From NCBI GenBank assembly GCA_024137785.1, contig JAHRHZ010000021.1, positions 41,504,442-41,568,441 of the forward strand: DNA of 64,000 nucleotides. Reading direction: 5' to 3'. The notes under the pieces were generated by a model. It ran no database searches, had not been told where the DNA came from, and saw only the letters and a program-made list of their open reading frames with translations. Position 1 is the first letter of the stretch, and every line of letters starts with the position of its first letter. The stretch comes from Ginglymostoma cirratum (taxonomy: Eukaryota). The translations under genes were made by a program, and so were the position numbers. Of the stretch, positions 62,787 to 64,000 are shown one piece after another.

Positions 62787-63081
62787 ACAGTGACTGAGAA
62801 TGTGTATGCCCGTGTTGGAGATGGTAAGAGAGAAATCCAGACACAAACGCAGCCTTTCCCTTGTCTTTTCCCTGAAACCTATCCACAAAGCAGTCTGAAT
62901 AAGGAGGAAAACTTGGATTGAAAGGCAACCAATTTTCAACCCCCAACTTCTATATAAGTTTCAGAGGCCAGTTCAGAGAGTACGCTATCAGAGGCTAAAA
63001 TGGGTTCAACGTCGGTTAAACTCAACTCCTGACATGCTGGTTCACAGCCTCTTCCCTGGTGATTACGGGTTGGGGACTAGG

Positions 63082-63085
<4 letters not shown>

Positions 63086-63127
<42 letters not shown>

Positions 63128-63164
63128 GTGTCTCTCTCTCTCTGTCTCTCTGTGTCTCTCTCTC
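63086..63164. repeat. (CT)n / (CTGT) compound microsatellite
   Basis: Direct reading. Confidence 0.95.
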
Positions 63165-63324
63165 ACTTAAGATGACAAGAAAAGGTTTTATTAGTTGGAT
63201 TTACTAATAGTATATCAACTATCAATTTATTACTTTGGAATTTTTCTTTTTTTGAAATTCGTGTTGACTGTTGTGCCAAACTTTTGCCTTCTGAACTTTG
63301 CTCATCAGCATGCTGACTGAGAGG

Positions 63325-63645
63325 AATTTTTTTAAACTCGTGGAATGAGGGCGTCGCTGGTTAGGCAGCATGTATTGCCCAGAGGGTAGTTAAGAATCAA
63401 CCTCATTACTGTGGGTCTGGAGTCACATGTAGGCCAGAACAGGCAAAGATGGCAGTTTCCATCCTTTAAAGGACATTAGTGAACCAGATGGGTTTTTCCG
63501 ATAATCGATGATGGAACCATGGTCAACACTAGACTTACTGAATTTTTAAAATTCAAATTCCACCATCTGCCATGGCAGGATTTGCTCGTGGGTCTCCAGG
63601 GTATTATCAGTGGACTGTTAACACCCAAGACCATCACCTCTCCCG
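63325..63645 (-). mobile_element. SINE with LINE-derived tail
   Basis: ggacattagtgaaccagatgggttttt...attcaaattccaccatctgcc; tail resembles 39650-39760 and 36500-36800. Confidence 0.55.
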
Positions 63646-63838
63646 TGAATTGAAAAGTGGGCCCTCCTATGAAAAGATTACACAGGTCTGCTTTAGAATT
63701 TAGAATACCTGCTTTTGGTATTCGCTGAGATGGATTTAAAATTGTTCCTTTTTTTTTCTGCCTTGAGGCCAACTCTCCTGTTGGTGCACACTTGTTGTAA
63801 CTGAGGGGAAGGGGGGAGTGAATTCAATCAGGAATGGA

Positions 63839-63946
63839 GGGCTCTTTTGGCACAACGGTAGTGTCCCTGTGTCTGAGTCAGGAGTCCAAGGTTTAAGTCC
63901 TACCTGTGTAATAACATCTCTGAACAGGTGGATTCAAAAATATCTA
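63839..63946 (+). mobile_element. Short tRNA-derived SINE
   Basis: Third copy of the same family. Confidence 0.7.
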
Positions 63947-64000
63947 GACCAGGAAGTGACAGATCATAATTTAACATGGGCCTTATAATATGTGAAGCCT

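Noticed and set aside
62653-62946. HTHT / CVCV repeat ORFs
   Set aside because: Translation of the (GT)n microsatellite.
1-64000. CRISPR arrays, rRNA, prokaryotic operons, intact autonomous TE ORFs
   Set aside because: None seen; all LINE and Penelope coding remnants have stops or frameshifts.

Overview
Vertebrate genomic DNA, most likely a cartilaginous fish (shark), inferred from HE1/V-SINE, DeuSINE-type, CR1 and Penelope repeats. Two genes sit head-to-head with ATGs about 14.4 kb apart. On the minus strand is a complete 9-coding-exon patatin-like lipase (CDS 27140 to 5315, 1488 nt, 495 aa, Ser47/Asp166 dyad). It is PNPLA3 by synteny but ATGL/PNPLA2-like in sequence. On the plus strand are coding exons 1-3 of SULT4A1 (ATG 41535), which continues beyond the window. 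The rest is intron or intergenic DNA rich in decayed CR1, Tx1, Rex1/Babar, LTR and SINE repeats. The most notable non-genic signal is a set of more than a dozen 100-500 bp Penelope-derived mini-elements from 4-5 subfamilies. They carry minimal hammerhead-ribozyme cores (CUGANGA-N-stemII-GAAA-palindromic stem III). Several are fold-back, circularly permuted, or flanked by 13-15 bp target-site duplications. Repeat family names come from recognition of motifs, not from a database search.
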